Source of the DNA: a bacterium | GTDB lineage: Bacteria > Cyanobacteriota > Vampirovibrionia > Gastranaerophilales > JBAXKC01 | Reading direction: 5' to 3' | Length of the DNA: 47,327 nt | Assembly: GCA_037137535.1 (NCBI GenBank) | Contig: JBAXKC010000023.1 | Coordinates: 1 to 47,327 of the forward strand | In this document: positions 10,286 to 19,405 of the stretch, in pieces | Numbering within the stretch: the stretch's first letter is position 1 | Layout of the letters: the number at the start of each line of letters is the position of its first letter | Translations under genes and position numbers: made by a program | The notes under the pieces: generated by a model | Database searches by the model: none | Seen by the model: the letters and a program-made list of their open reading frames with translations, nothing else | Told to the model about the DNA's origin: nothing

Positions 10286-10595
10286 CTATTGCATAACTTG
10301 GAGTTGCTTCTCTTTTTTCTTTTTCACGATGTTTTGTATTCAAAAAATCAAGGACTTTTTCCCATATTCCACGCTTACATAACCTGTTGTAATGATCATA
10401 TACTGTTTTACAGGGAGGAAAATCATTTGGCATCATTTCCCATTGGATTCCGCCTTTAACGACATAAAAAATTGCATTTACTATTGTTCTTTTATCGTGA
10501 TAGCCTTTACTTCCTCTGGGGTCTGGTCTTTCAAAAAAATGTTTTATCCCTTCCCATTCAGTATCGGTTAAATCACTTGGATAGCCTTTATTCAT
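10188..10595 (-). CDS. IS5-family transposase, N-terminal frame
   Basis: YPSDLTDTEW, IVNAIFY, W.MMP.DFPP..TVY, AIVDSQSVK motifs. Confidence 0.88.
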   Translation of the reverse strand: MNKGYPSDLTDTEWEGIKHFFERPDPRGSKGYHDKRTIVNAIFYVVKGGIQWEMMPNDFPPCKTVYDHYNRLCKRGIWEKVLDFLNTKHREKEKREATPSYAIVDSQSVKTIYDSRERGIDGGKKSKRKKTTYCG

Positions 10596-10796
10596 AATCT
10601 CTTTACTCCTGTTATTTCTCAGGATTTTATAGACTATATTTTTATGAGTTTTGTTTCATTTTTAACCAGATGGCTTTTAAGTTACAAGATATTTTGCTTA
10701 TAAAACTAAGAAGAGACGGCGTAATATTATTGTAAAATATCAACCAGTTATGGTCAGAGTGTAATGAAGTCTTGCTCAAAATGCAGAAATTATAAA

Positions 10797-12743
10797 TTAA
10801 TTCCTTTTAAGGTACATTGCAATGATATTTGCAAAAGATTCTAAAAGTCGTTGTTGTTCAGAAGATAAAAATTCTTCTTGATTTATTGGAGTAAAACCAA
10901 GAACCCCAAAAGTAATTTCTTCTATTTTTAACGGCAAATAATGCCATTTAGCAGACGAAAGAGTTTGTGTATTTTTTCCTGCAATTAATCCGTTTTTATA
11001 TACCCAAACTGCAACAGCTTTTTCTTTTTCATTAAATTCACTACTTCCATGTTTTTCTATGATTTGTAGCTGATTATTTTCGTCAGGTAAAAGAATTACT
11101 ACATCAGACTGAAAAGCTTCTGAAATATGAGTTACGGCTTTATCCAAAATGTCTTCAAAATTATGAGCCGTCATTATTTCTCTACTGAATGAATATAAAG
11201 AGGATAAAAATCTTTCTCTATGTCTTGTACTTTCTGTTTGCCATCTGATTCCTTTGGAAAGCAAGCTTACAATAAGTGAAACAGTTATAAAGACAAAGAA
11301 ACTTGGTAAATATCTTATATCAGAAATCCTAAAAGTCAAAAAAGGAGGGATTAAAAAGAAATCAAAAGCAGCAACTGATATAAAAGTAGTAAATAAACCA
11401 ACTCTAGTTCCCCATAATATACTTCCGGCAATGACAGGCAGCAAGAGCAGCATGCCAATATTGAAAGGTTCAAGCCATGAACGAGAATACCATCCAAATG
11501 AAATTATTATGGTAACACTTAAAAGACAGATTAAATATGGTTTATAAGTGTTGCCATCTAATTTTGATACTTTTTCGGGTAAAGTTTTATGTCCATCATT
11601 ACCAACAATAAGAACATTTAATTGACCGCTTTTTCTTGTTAGGTCATTTAAAACAGAACCTTTAAAAATTTCTTCAACTCTAGAACGATGAGAAAGACCA
11701 GCTACAATTAAAGTAATATTTTTTTCTTTTGCAAAATTAATTATTTCATCCGCAATTATATTTCCGCTTAATGAAACGACTTTCGCACCAAGTTCTTCAG
11801 CCAGACGAATATTTTTATCAAGTTGATTTCTTGCTTTTTCATCAATTTCAAGTTGTTGTGGCGATTCTACATAGACGGCATACCATTCTGCATTCATATC
11901 AGAAGCCATTCTATGGGTTATCCTTAATAACCTTTCAGAAGTAGGACTTGTACTAAAACCGACTAACAGTCTTGAATTAACAGGCCATGGCGTTACAATA
12001 GAATAGCGCTGTTTATAAGAAAGCATATCGCAATCAACACGCTTTGCGGTATATCTTAATGACAATTCTCTTAATGCAAGTAAATTTCCTTTTCTGAAAA
12101 ACTTTTGCATTGCCTGCTTAGCTTTAGATGGAACATACACTTTTCCTTCTTGCAATCTCTCAAGTAATTTTTCGGGAGTTAAGTCGATAAGCTCTATTTC
12201 GTTTGCCATTTCTAAAATACTGTCAGGTACAGTTTCATGAATCGTTATATAGGATACTTGCTGAACAACATCAACCAAACTTTCAATATGTTGAATATTC
12301 AAAGTTGTATAAACATTAATTCCTGCCTTAATTAATTCTTCGACATCCTGATAACGTTTTTCATTTCTTGAACCGGGAATATTGGTATGAGCAAGCTCAT
12401 CCACTATGACTAATTCAGGCTTTAATTCAAGAATAGTATCAATATCCATTTCTTCTAAATCAAGACCGTTATATTTTATTTTTTTTCGAGGAATTATTTC
12501 TAATCCTTCCAGTAAAATTTGAGTTTCTTTACGTCCGTGAGTTTCAACAATTCCTATTACCGCATTAATTCCATTTTTTACTGCAATTTTTGTTTCTTCT
12601 AGCATGTGATAAGTTTTACCTACACCTGCACAGAATCCCAGAAAGATTTTCAAATGACCTTTAGTTGAACTAATTAAATTATTTTCATCTTCTTGGATTT
12701 TTTTTAAAATTTCTTCGGGGGTAGGTCTGTTATCATCTTGCAT
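10797..12743 (-). CDS. kdpD: KdpD-like sensor lacking the C-terminal histidine kinase domains
   Basis: KIFLGFCAGVGKTY, DELAHTN, KRYQDVEEL (KdpD domain), then a Usp domain, four TM helices and a GAF-like region; ends at 648 aa without SHDLRTPL or HATPase boxes. Confidence 0.9.
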   Translation of the reverse strand: MQDDNRPTPEEILKKIQEDENNLISSTKGHLKIFLGFCAGVGKTYHMLEETKIAVKNGINAVIGIVETHGRKETQILLEGLEIIPRKKIKYNGLDLEEMDIDTILELKPELVIVDELAHTNIPGSRNEKRYQDVEELIKAGINVYTTLNIQHIESLVDVVQQVSYITIHETVPDSILEMANEIELIDLTPEKLLERLQEGKVYVPSKAKQAMQKFFRKGNLLALRELSLRYTAKRVDCDMLSYKQRYSIVTPWPVNSRLLVGFSTSPTSERLLRITHRMASDMNAEWYAVYVESPQQLEIDEKARNQLDKNIRLAEELGAKVVSLSGNIIADEIINFAKEKNITLIVAGLSHRSRVEEIFKGSVLNDLTRKSGQLNVLIVGNDGHKTLPEKVSKLDGNTYKPYLICLLSVTIIISFGWYSRSWLEPFNIGMLLLLPVIAGSILWGTRVGLFTTFISVAAFDFFLIPPFLTFRISDIRYLPSFFVFITVSLIVSLLSKGIRWQTESTRHRERFLSSLYSFSREIMTAHNFEDILDKAVTHISEAFQSDVVILLPDENNQLQIIEKHGSSEFNEKEKAVAVWVYKNGLIAGKNTQTLSSAKWHYLPLKIEEITFGVLGFTPINQEEFLSSEQQRLLESFANIIAMYLKRN

Positions 12744-12780
12744 GGATTTATCCTTTCAAACTAAGGCTAATAAGATTGAT

Positions 12781-13494
12781 TTAGGGTAATATTTTTGCCA
12801 ATTCAATAACAAAGCCTGAAACCCCATTTCTAGGAGAATTTGGTATTTGATATCCAAGATATAAAGTTGTTTTTTTAGGCAAAGCATAGGCAATACCTGG
12901 GATTAAAAAGCCTGCAAAATGTTCTGTTCCTGAATACCAATCAGCTTGTACACTAAGGCGTTTTGTAAGTGGTTGTTCAACACCTGCAATAAAAGCTAAA
13001 GTATCAACTCCAAATATATCTTTTGTTCCATAACTTATACCTGCAGTAAGTCTTGTATTGGTTTTAGGCGTTCTTGCACTTAATGCCGAATAACTCCAGT
13101 TGCCTACGCCATTTCCCTGTAAAGAAGATAAGACTTCAGTTCCGACAATTAGCTTAAATTCTCTTTTAGGTGATTTTTTATTTAAAAAGGGAATAGCTGA
13201 TTTAAAACCTGTTCCTAAAACTATATTACCGGACGAAGGGCTACTTACATTAAACAAAGTCGCATCAAGTTCTGTATTATGGCCTACACCAATAGCAACA
13301 TAGTCTGTATTTAGCATAAATCTACCAGGGCTCCATGGTCTAAACTGAAATTCCGGCTCCAGGAAAATCTCTCCCTTTGGAGTTACATCTGCTGAAGGCA
13401 CGTTAAAAATTGTTTGTTGAGCCTCTACAAAGTTATTATTAAAAAGAAATCCTCCAATAATGCTTAGAATCATAAATAATATTTTTTTTAACAC
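12781..13494 (-). CDS. Secreted protein, possible outer-membrane beta-barrel, in the kdp operon
   Basis: GTG start with AGAGGAG RBS; signal peptide ending VEA-QQ; alternating hydrophobic strand pattern. Confidence 0.6.
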   Translation of the reverse strand: MLKKILFMILSIIGGFLFNNNFVEAQQTIFNVPSADVTPKGEIFLEPEFQFRPWSPGRFMLNTDYVAIGVGHNTELDATLFNVSSPSSGNIVLGTGFKSAIPFLNKKSPKREFKLIVGTEVLSSLQGNGVGNWSYSALSARTPKTNTRLTAGISYGTKDIFGVDTLAFIAGVEQPLTKRLSVQADWYSGTEHFAGFLIPGIAYALPKKTTLYLGYQIPNSPRNGVSGFVIELAKILP

Positions 13495-13536
13495 AATTTA
13501 CTCCTCTAAGTTCATCTCAATAATTATTAGTAATAA

Positions 13537-14028
13537 TTACTTATCCGAATTATTTACTAAACCAAAACAATTTATAAGCCCAGTGTATTTACTTCCAAAA
13601 ACTAGTGAACTTATACCTGAACCTAAATTATAACAAGCATTAGTCATATCTTTCTTATTAATCATTTCATTAATGGCACATAGAATTTGAGCAACTCCGG
13701 CTACTTTACCTAATTTGGAAAAAATATGCAATTGCTTTTTTGTTGATAAATACCATTCTAATGAGATTAAGCTAAGACCCGTAACAAAGTCTTTCGGGCT
13801 TTTGAAGATTGACTTTAATGAGGATACAAATCCATTTCCAAAGCTGTCAAAGCATTGGTTTATATTAAGTTCACTATTATTTAATTCAATATTACTGTAA
13901 ATATCTTTATATATTCCTTTTCTTTCTCTAAAAGCAGGAGAAACCTCTTTTTTATTATCAAGATGTATTGTTCTGTATAAATCTCTATAAATCCCTTTTT
14001 TACTTGAATAATTAATTGAGTCTATCAT
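13537..14028 (-). CDS. Hypothetical protein
   Basis: 163 aa; starts 1 nt after the kdpC stop; internal repeat KGIYRDLY / KGIYKDIY; glycine-containing hydrophobic C-terminal segments. Confidence 0.6.
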   Translation of the reverse strand: MIDSINYSSKKGIYRDLYRTIHLDNKKEVSPAFRERKGIYKDIYSNIELNNSELNINQCFDSFGNGFVSSLKSIFKSPKDFVTGLSLISLEWYLSTKKQLHIFSKLGKVAGVAQILCAINEMINKKDMTNACYNLGSGISSLVFGSKYTGLINCFGLVNNSDK

Positions 14029-14029
14029 T

Positions 14030-14608
14030 TTATTTACCTGATATTTTATCCAAATCTAAATTCAATTTAAGAACATTTACTCCACTTTGTCCCCAAATTC
14101 CGATAAAATCAGAATCCATATTTTTATTTATAAGCTCTTTTATTTTACTTTCTGATATCCCTCTGACTTTTGAAATTCTGTGAATTTGGATAGTAGCATT
14201 TTCTATACTTATGTGTGGGTCAATACCGCTTGCAGAAGTTAAAACCATATCGGCGGGTATTTTTTTAGTCTTATTTAAGTTATTGTCTTTTTGAATTACT
14301 TTAATTCTTTCTTCTACTGTAGTGATTAACTTTTTACTTGTAGGGCCTAAGTTACTTCCACCCGAACCTGCTGCATTATAATCAACGGCAGATGGACGGC
14401 TGTTAAAATATTGAGGTTTATCAAATTTTTGCCCGATTAAACTTGAGCCGATAATTACTCCTTTTTCTTTTATTAGGCTGCCGTTCGCTTTTTCAGGCAT
14501 TGTTATTTGAGCTATACAGGTTATGGTTAAAGGGTAAATTATTCCCAAAAGTATTGAAAATCCCATAAATACTTTTATTGAGGTTATTAGTTCAGATTTT
14601 ATATTCAT
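14030..14608 (-). CDS. kdpC: K+-transporting ATPase subunit C
   Basis: ANGSLI, GSSLIGQ, YFNSRPSA, SGGSNLGP, TSASGIDPHIS, VNVLKLNLDLD. Confidence 0.96.
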   Translation of the reverse strand: MNIKSELITSIKVFMGFSILLGIIYPLTITCIAQITMPEKANGSLIKEKGVIIGSSLIGQKFDKPQYFNSRPSAVDYNAAGSGGSNLGPTSKKLITTVEERIKVIQKDNNLNKTKKIPADMVLTSASGIDPHISIENATIQIHRISKVRGISESKIKELINKNMDSDFIGIWGQSGVNVLKLNLDLDKISGK

Positions 14609-14618
14609 ATCTTAATTC

Positions 14619-16655
14619 CTATGTTAAGTGTAAAAATATAACTAAAATATCGATAATTTTAATTGCAATAAACGGTAATAATAATCCGCCAAATCCATAT
14701 ATGAAAATATTTCTCTTAAGCATTGATTCAGCAGTTGTTTGTCGATACTTAACCCCTTTTAAAGAAAGCGGTATTAAGAACGGTATGATTATTGCATTGA
14801 ATATAATTGCAGATAATATTGCACTTTGAGGACTTGAAAGCTGCATAATATTTAAAATATTTAATCCGGGATATTTAATCGCAAATAAAGCCGGAATAAT
14901 TGCAAAATATTTTGCAACATCATTTGCTACGCTAAAGGTAGTTAATGCCCCTCTGGTTATAAGAATTTGCTTTCCTATTTCAACAATATCTAAGAGCTTT
15001 GTAGGGCTTGAATCAAGGTCAATCATATTTGCGGCTTCTCTTGCTGCCTGCGTTCCTGCATTCATTGCAACAGCAACGTCAGCCTGTGCAAGAGCAGGAG
15101 CATCATTTGTGCCATCACCAATCATTGCAACCATATAGCCATTACTTTGATATTCTCTGATTTTAGCAAGTTTCATCTCAGGTTTTGCTTGAGCTATAAA
15201 ATCACTAACTCCTGCTTCTGCGGCAATAGCTGCTGCTGTCATAGGATTGTCACCGGTAATCATTACAGACTTTATTCCCATAAGATGAAGTTGATTAAGA
15301 CGTTCTTTAATTCCTTGTTTTAAAACATCTTTTAGACGAATAACACCTAAGACTTTACCATTGTTAGCCACAACTAAAGGAGTTCCACCCTGTCCTGCTA
15401 CTCTTTCAACAGCATAGCCGACTTCTTTAGGGAATTTAGTCCCATAAAATTTTGCAAATTCTTCTATTGCATCAACAGCACCTTTTCTTATCTGATTATC
15501 ATTAATATTAACACCGCTCATACGAGTGTCAGCACTAAATTCAATAAACTTTGAGCCATTTGGAGCTGTTATATCTTTACCTCTTAAATGTAATAATTCT
15601 TTTGCTAAAATTACAACGCTTCTTCCTTCTGGTGTTTCATCTGCCAAAGATGAAAGCATAGCTGCTTTTGCCAATTCTTCTTTCTTAACACCTTCCGCAG
15701 GTATAAACTCTGTCGCAAGTCTATTTCCAAGTGTTATAGTTCCTGTTTTATCAAGTAATACAACGTTTACATCACCTGATGCTTCAACTGCACGACCGCT
15801 TAAAGCAATAACATTATGAGTTAAAAGTCTGTCCATTCCTGCAATTCCTATGGCAGGAAGAAGTCCACCTATTGTTGTCGGCATAAGACAAACAAGTAAA
15901 GCTATTAAGACAGGAATAGAAATGAAAACAGCCATATAACCGGCAAAGAACTTTAAAGTAGCAACTACAACTAAAAACAAGACGGTCAACCCGATTAAAA
16001 GAATTTCAAGGGCTTTTTCATTAGGTGTTTTCTGACGTTTTGCACCTTCAACCATTTTTATCATCTGGTCAAGAAAAGTTTCTCCTGGATTTGCAGTTAT
16101 TCTTATTTTTACACTGCCTGATAATACTTTTGTTCCACCTGTTACACCACTTCTGTCGCCACCTGATTCTCTTACAACAGGAGCAGATTCACCTGTAATT
16201 GCAGATTCATCAACAAGTGCAACACCTTCAGCTATTTCACCATCGCAAGGAATAATTTCATTATCTTTAACAAGAACTATATCTTCTTTTTTTAGCGAAA
16301 GAGCCGGAATATTTTCGATGTCACCATTTTCTAAAATTTTATTTGCAAAAGTTTCGCTTCGTGATTTTTTAAGATTTTCAGCCTGAGCTTTTCCTCTACC
16401 TTCTGCCAATGCTTCTGCAAAGTTAGCAAATAGTACAGTAAACCATAACCAAAGTGATATTTGTAAATCAAAGCTGAAAGAAACTCCTTTTACCAAGTTA
16501 TAAATAGTTATTATTGTTGTTACTAAAGAACCGATTTCAACAACAAACATAACAGGGTTTCTTGCCATAGCAACAGGATTTAATTTTAAAAAAGAACCTT
16601 TTATTGCCTCTGCCATTTGTTCAGGTTTAAATATACTGCTTTTATTGTCTTTCAT
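14619..16655 (-). CDS. kdpB: K+-transporting P-type ATPase subunit B
   Basis: [31 protein letters not shown] motifs. Confidence 0.98.
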   Translation of the reverse strand: MKDNKSSIFKPEQMAEAIKGSFLKLNPVAMARNPVMFVVEIGSLVTTIITIYNLVKGVSFSFDLQISLWLWFTVLFANFAEALAEGRGKAQAENLKKSRSETFANKILENGDIENIPALSLKKEDIVLVKDNEIIPCDGEIAEGVALVDESAITGESAPVVRESGGDRSGVTGGTKVLSGSVKIRITANPGETFLDQMIKMVEGAKRQKTPNEKALEILLIGLTVLFLVVVATLKFFAGYMAVFISIPVLIALLVCLMPTTIGGLLPAIGIAGMDRLLTHNVIALSGRAVEASGDVNVVLLDKTGTITLGNRLATEFIPAEGVKKEELAKAAMLSSLADETPEGRSVVILAKELLHLRGKDITAPNGSKFIEFSADTRMSGVNINDNQIRKGAVDAIEEFAKFYGTKFPKEVGYAVERVAGQGGTPLVVANNGKVLGVIRLKDVLKQGIKERLNQLHLMGIKSVMITGDNPMTAAAIAAEAGVSDFIAQAKPEMKLAKIREYQSNGYMVAMIGDGTNDAPALAQADVAVAMNAGTQAAREAANMIDLDSSPTKLLDIVEIGKQILITRGALTTFSVANDVAKYFAIIPALFAIKYPGLNILNIMQLSSPQSAILSAIIFNAIIIPFLIPLSLKGVKYRQTTAESMLKRNIFIYGFGGLLLPFIAIKIIDILVIFLHLT

Positions 16656-16667
16656 TATTATATTCCT

Positions 16668-18368
16668 TTAAAATAATTTTCCGGATAGCATTAATAAATG
16701 CTCAAGTATTGGACCAAGCACTAATATTGGAAAGAAAGTCAATGCCCCGACTATTATTACGACACTAACCAGCATCATTACGAATAAAGGGCTTGCCGTT
16801 GGGAATTTTGATTCGTCGGGGACAAATTTCTTTTTAATCAATGAACCTGCAATTGCAAGAGATGGGATAATAGTTCCAAATCTGCCGATAAGCATTGCAA
16901 AAGCTAAAGTTAAGTTATAAAAAGGAGTATTTGCGTTTAATCCTGCAAAAGCTGAGCCATTATTTCCTGCTCCTGATGCGAATGCATAAATTATTTCTGA
17001 TAATCCATGAGGACCTGCATTATTTAAACTCGATAAACCTATATTATGAGTGGAGGCAAATGCTCCAAATATAAGCTGAATAATTGAAGGTAAGACTAAG
17101 GCTATTACTGCCATAATCATTTCAAACGGTTCAAGCTTTTTGCCGAAAATTTCAGGTGTTCTACCAATCATAAGACCGACTAGAAACATAGTTAATACTG
17201 CATAAAGTATCATACCTATTAAACCGGTACCGACTCCACCGAAGATGACTTCTCCAACCATCATATTAAACATCGTGACTAGTCCAGTTAAAGGCATTAA
17301 ACTATCATGCATAGCATTTATAGCCCCACATGAAGTTACTGTTGTAGACTGAGCAAATACAACAGAATTTAAAACACCGAATCTTACTTCTTTACCTTCC
17401 ATATTTAATCCATGGTTAATCCCTAGCTTAGATAAAAAAGGATTTCCGTGAAATTCTGCCCATAGAGCAATTCCAAGACCAATTAAATATAATGTCATCA
17501 TAGAAGCAAATATTGCCCAACCTTGTTTGCGATTATTTAACAACGCTCCGAATGTAAACGGTAAAGACGTTGCTATCAACAAAAGACCTATAATTTCTAC
17601 ATAATCAGTTGAAGGATTAGGATTTTCATAAGGATGCGATGAATTTGCATTAAAGAATCCACCACCATTTGTGCCTAACTGTTTAATGGCTATTTGAGAA
17701 GCCGCAGGTCCTTGAGCTATAATTTGTGTTTGTCCTTGTATATTTGTAGCTTTTACATAGGGATTAAAATTCTGAATAATTCCTTGTGATGCAAAAAATA
17801 CCGAATATAAAATGGATAATGGCAAAAGTATATAAATTATAGAACGGGTTAAATCTACCCAAAAATTGCCAATAAACGAGGCTTCTTTTTTTATAAAAGC
17901 CCTTAAAAATGCAATAGCTACAGCAATCCCAACAGCTGCAGATAAGAAATTCTGAACAGTCAGTCCGAGCATTTGAGTTAAATAGCTCATTGTTGTTTCA
18001 CCGCTATATGCTTGCCAGTTAGTATTTGTGACAAACGAAACAGCAGTATTTAATGCATTATCCCATCTTACCGCTTGTAGTCCTTGAGGATTCAGGGGTA
18101 AAATATGTTGTACTTCTTGTAATAAAAATAATCCGATAATACCTATAACATTAAAAATAATAAGACTGAAAGCATACATTTTCCAGTCCATTTCTTTAGA
18201 TTCATCGATTCCGAATAATTTGTATAAAACTTTTTCAATAGGTCTTAAAGCAAAAGAAAATAATGTTTTTTCTCCCTTAAACACTTTAGCAATATACTCG
18301 CCTGTTAAAAAGGCGAAGAATGTTATAATTGACAAAAATAATGCTACTTGCACCAATATAGTGCTCAT
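16668..18368 (-). CDS. kdpA: K+-transporting ATPase subunit A
   Basis: NTAVSFVTNTNWQAYSGE, LGTNGGGFFNANSSHPYENP, NNGSAFAGL; AAGGAG RBS. Confidence 0.98.
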   Translation of the reverse strand: MSTILVQVALFLSIITFFAFLTGEYIAKVFKGEKTLFSFALRPIEKVLYKLFGIDESKEMDWKMYAFSLIIFNVIGIIGLFLLQEVQHILPLNPQGLQAVRWDNALNTAVSFVTNTNWQAYSGETTMSYLTQMLGLTVQNFLSAAVGIAVAIAFLRAFIKKEASFIGNFWVDLTRSIIYILLPLSILYSVFFASQGIIQNFNPYVKATNIQGQTQIIAQGPAASQIAIKQLGTNGGGFFNANSSHPYENPNPSTDYVEIIGLLLIATSLPFTFGALLNNRKQGWAIFASMMTLYLIGLGIALWAEFHGNPFLSKLGINHGLNMEGKEVRFGVLNSVVFAQSTTVTSCGAINAMHDSLMPLTGLVTMFNMMVGEVIFGGVGTGLIGMILYAVLTMFLVGLMIGRTPEIFGKKLEPFEMIMAVIALVLPSIIQLIFGAFASTHNIGLSSLNNAGPHGLSEIIYAFASGAGNNGSAFAGLNANTPFYNLTLAFAMLIGRFGTIIPSLAIAGSLIKKKFVPDESKFPTASPLFVMMLVSVVIIVGALTFFPILVLGPILEHLLMLSGKLF

Positions 18369-19405
18369 AATTTTTCTCCTTTTGAATATTCTATAAATCC
18401 ATTAATAGATTTAATTTGTGTTATATATTGAAATTATCAATGTATATTAATCTTGAGATATATTCTTGTCAACGCTTATTAACAAATGAAATCATAGACA
18501 ATAAGGTTATTTTTTTATGGTTTTTGGCGGTTAATTTCTCAAAAAAACAAAATACAGATTCAAATAGGATTAAAATGCTAATATGCTTGTTTTATTATAA
18601 AAATAATCACTGCCTCTTGATTGACCAGAATAATATGCCGTAAGTTTTAAAAAATAATGACGGCATTGCTGAAAAATACCCTCAATTATTGAATTGAGTT
18701 AAAAACTAATTATTAATTTTATAAACTAATGGATGTATTAAAAATATTATTTAAAAAATCGATAAAAATTAGGAATCTCTATATTTTAAAGATAGAATTA
18801 GTCCAATTTATCTTTACTTAATATTTTTTGCAAATATTAAGTTTTTTTAATCTTTAGTGTTCACAAAAGATTAAAATAGATATTAATGTTAGCATTTAGA
18901 GTTTACATCAATTGCTTTTATTTGAATAGTCAGCTCTTTTGCAGAAGCCAATCCTGAATTTAAAAATTTTCTTGTTCTAAAATCTTTAATGAAAATGCTC
19001 AATTTAATATAGTTCTAGACCAGAGTGATTATAATGCTAGTATGTAATAATAAGCCTTTATGTGATTATAAAATCAAAAAAAATAGAAGCTTTTTGTATG
19101 TATATCTTATGTTCTCTTTATCTGTTAGGAGCATTCTGCTTTAATCTTTCATAACTCTTTTGGCATTGTTGCTTGAATGAATATTCCATTCAATAAAATA
19201 ATATACCTAAAATATGACGTTTATCTATCTTTACCTTACATTTAAAATCTTTAGATATAATTATATATATAAAGCATATAGCAAAATTACTTAATATAAT
19301 CAAGCCATAAAACTACATCAAATCACTAATGGCTTATAAAAGTCTGCTGATATATAATAGAAAATAAGACTTAGTATTTGGGTATCTCCCTCGAAAAATA
19401 ATAAT

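Larger units (their letters stand above)
9812..10677 (-). mobile_element. IS5-family insertion sequence (~866 bp, IS1031-like)
   Basis: Terminal IRs GAAGCCATCTGGTTAAAAA (9812-9830) and TTTTTAACCAGATGGCTTT (10659-10677) match at 18/19. Flanked by TAA at 9809-9811 and 10678-10680 (3-bp target duplication). Contains a split DDE transposase. Confidence 0.92.

Noticed and set aside
18416-18643. 75-aa plus-strand ORF upstream of kdpA, considered as kdpF or a leader peptide
   Set aside because: Wrong strand for kdpF, TTG start without RBS, composition typical of random AT-rich sequence.
18369-19000. c-di-AMP (ydaO) riboswitch upstream of kdpA
   Set aside because: The conserved GCTGAA / GGAGGAA / GGGG..AAT / CAGCTAAC elements were not found in order on the minus strand.
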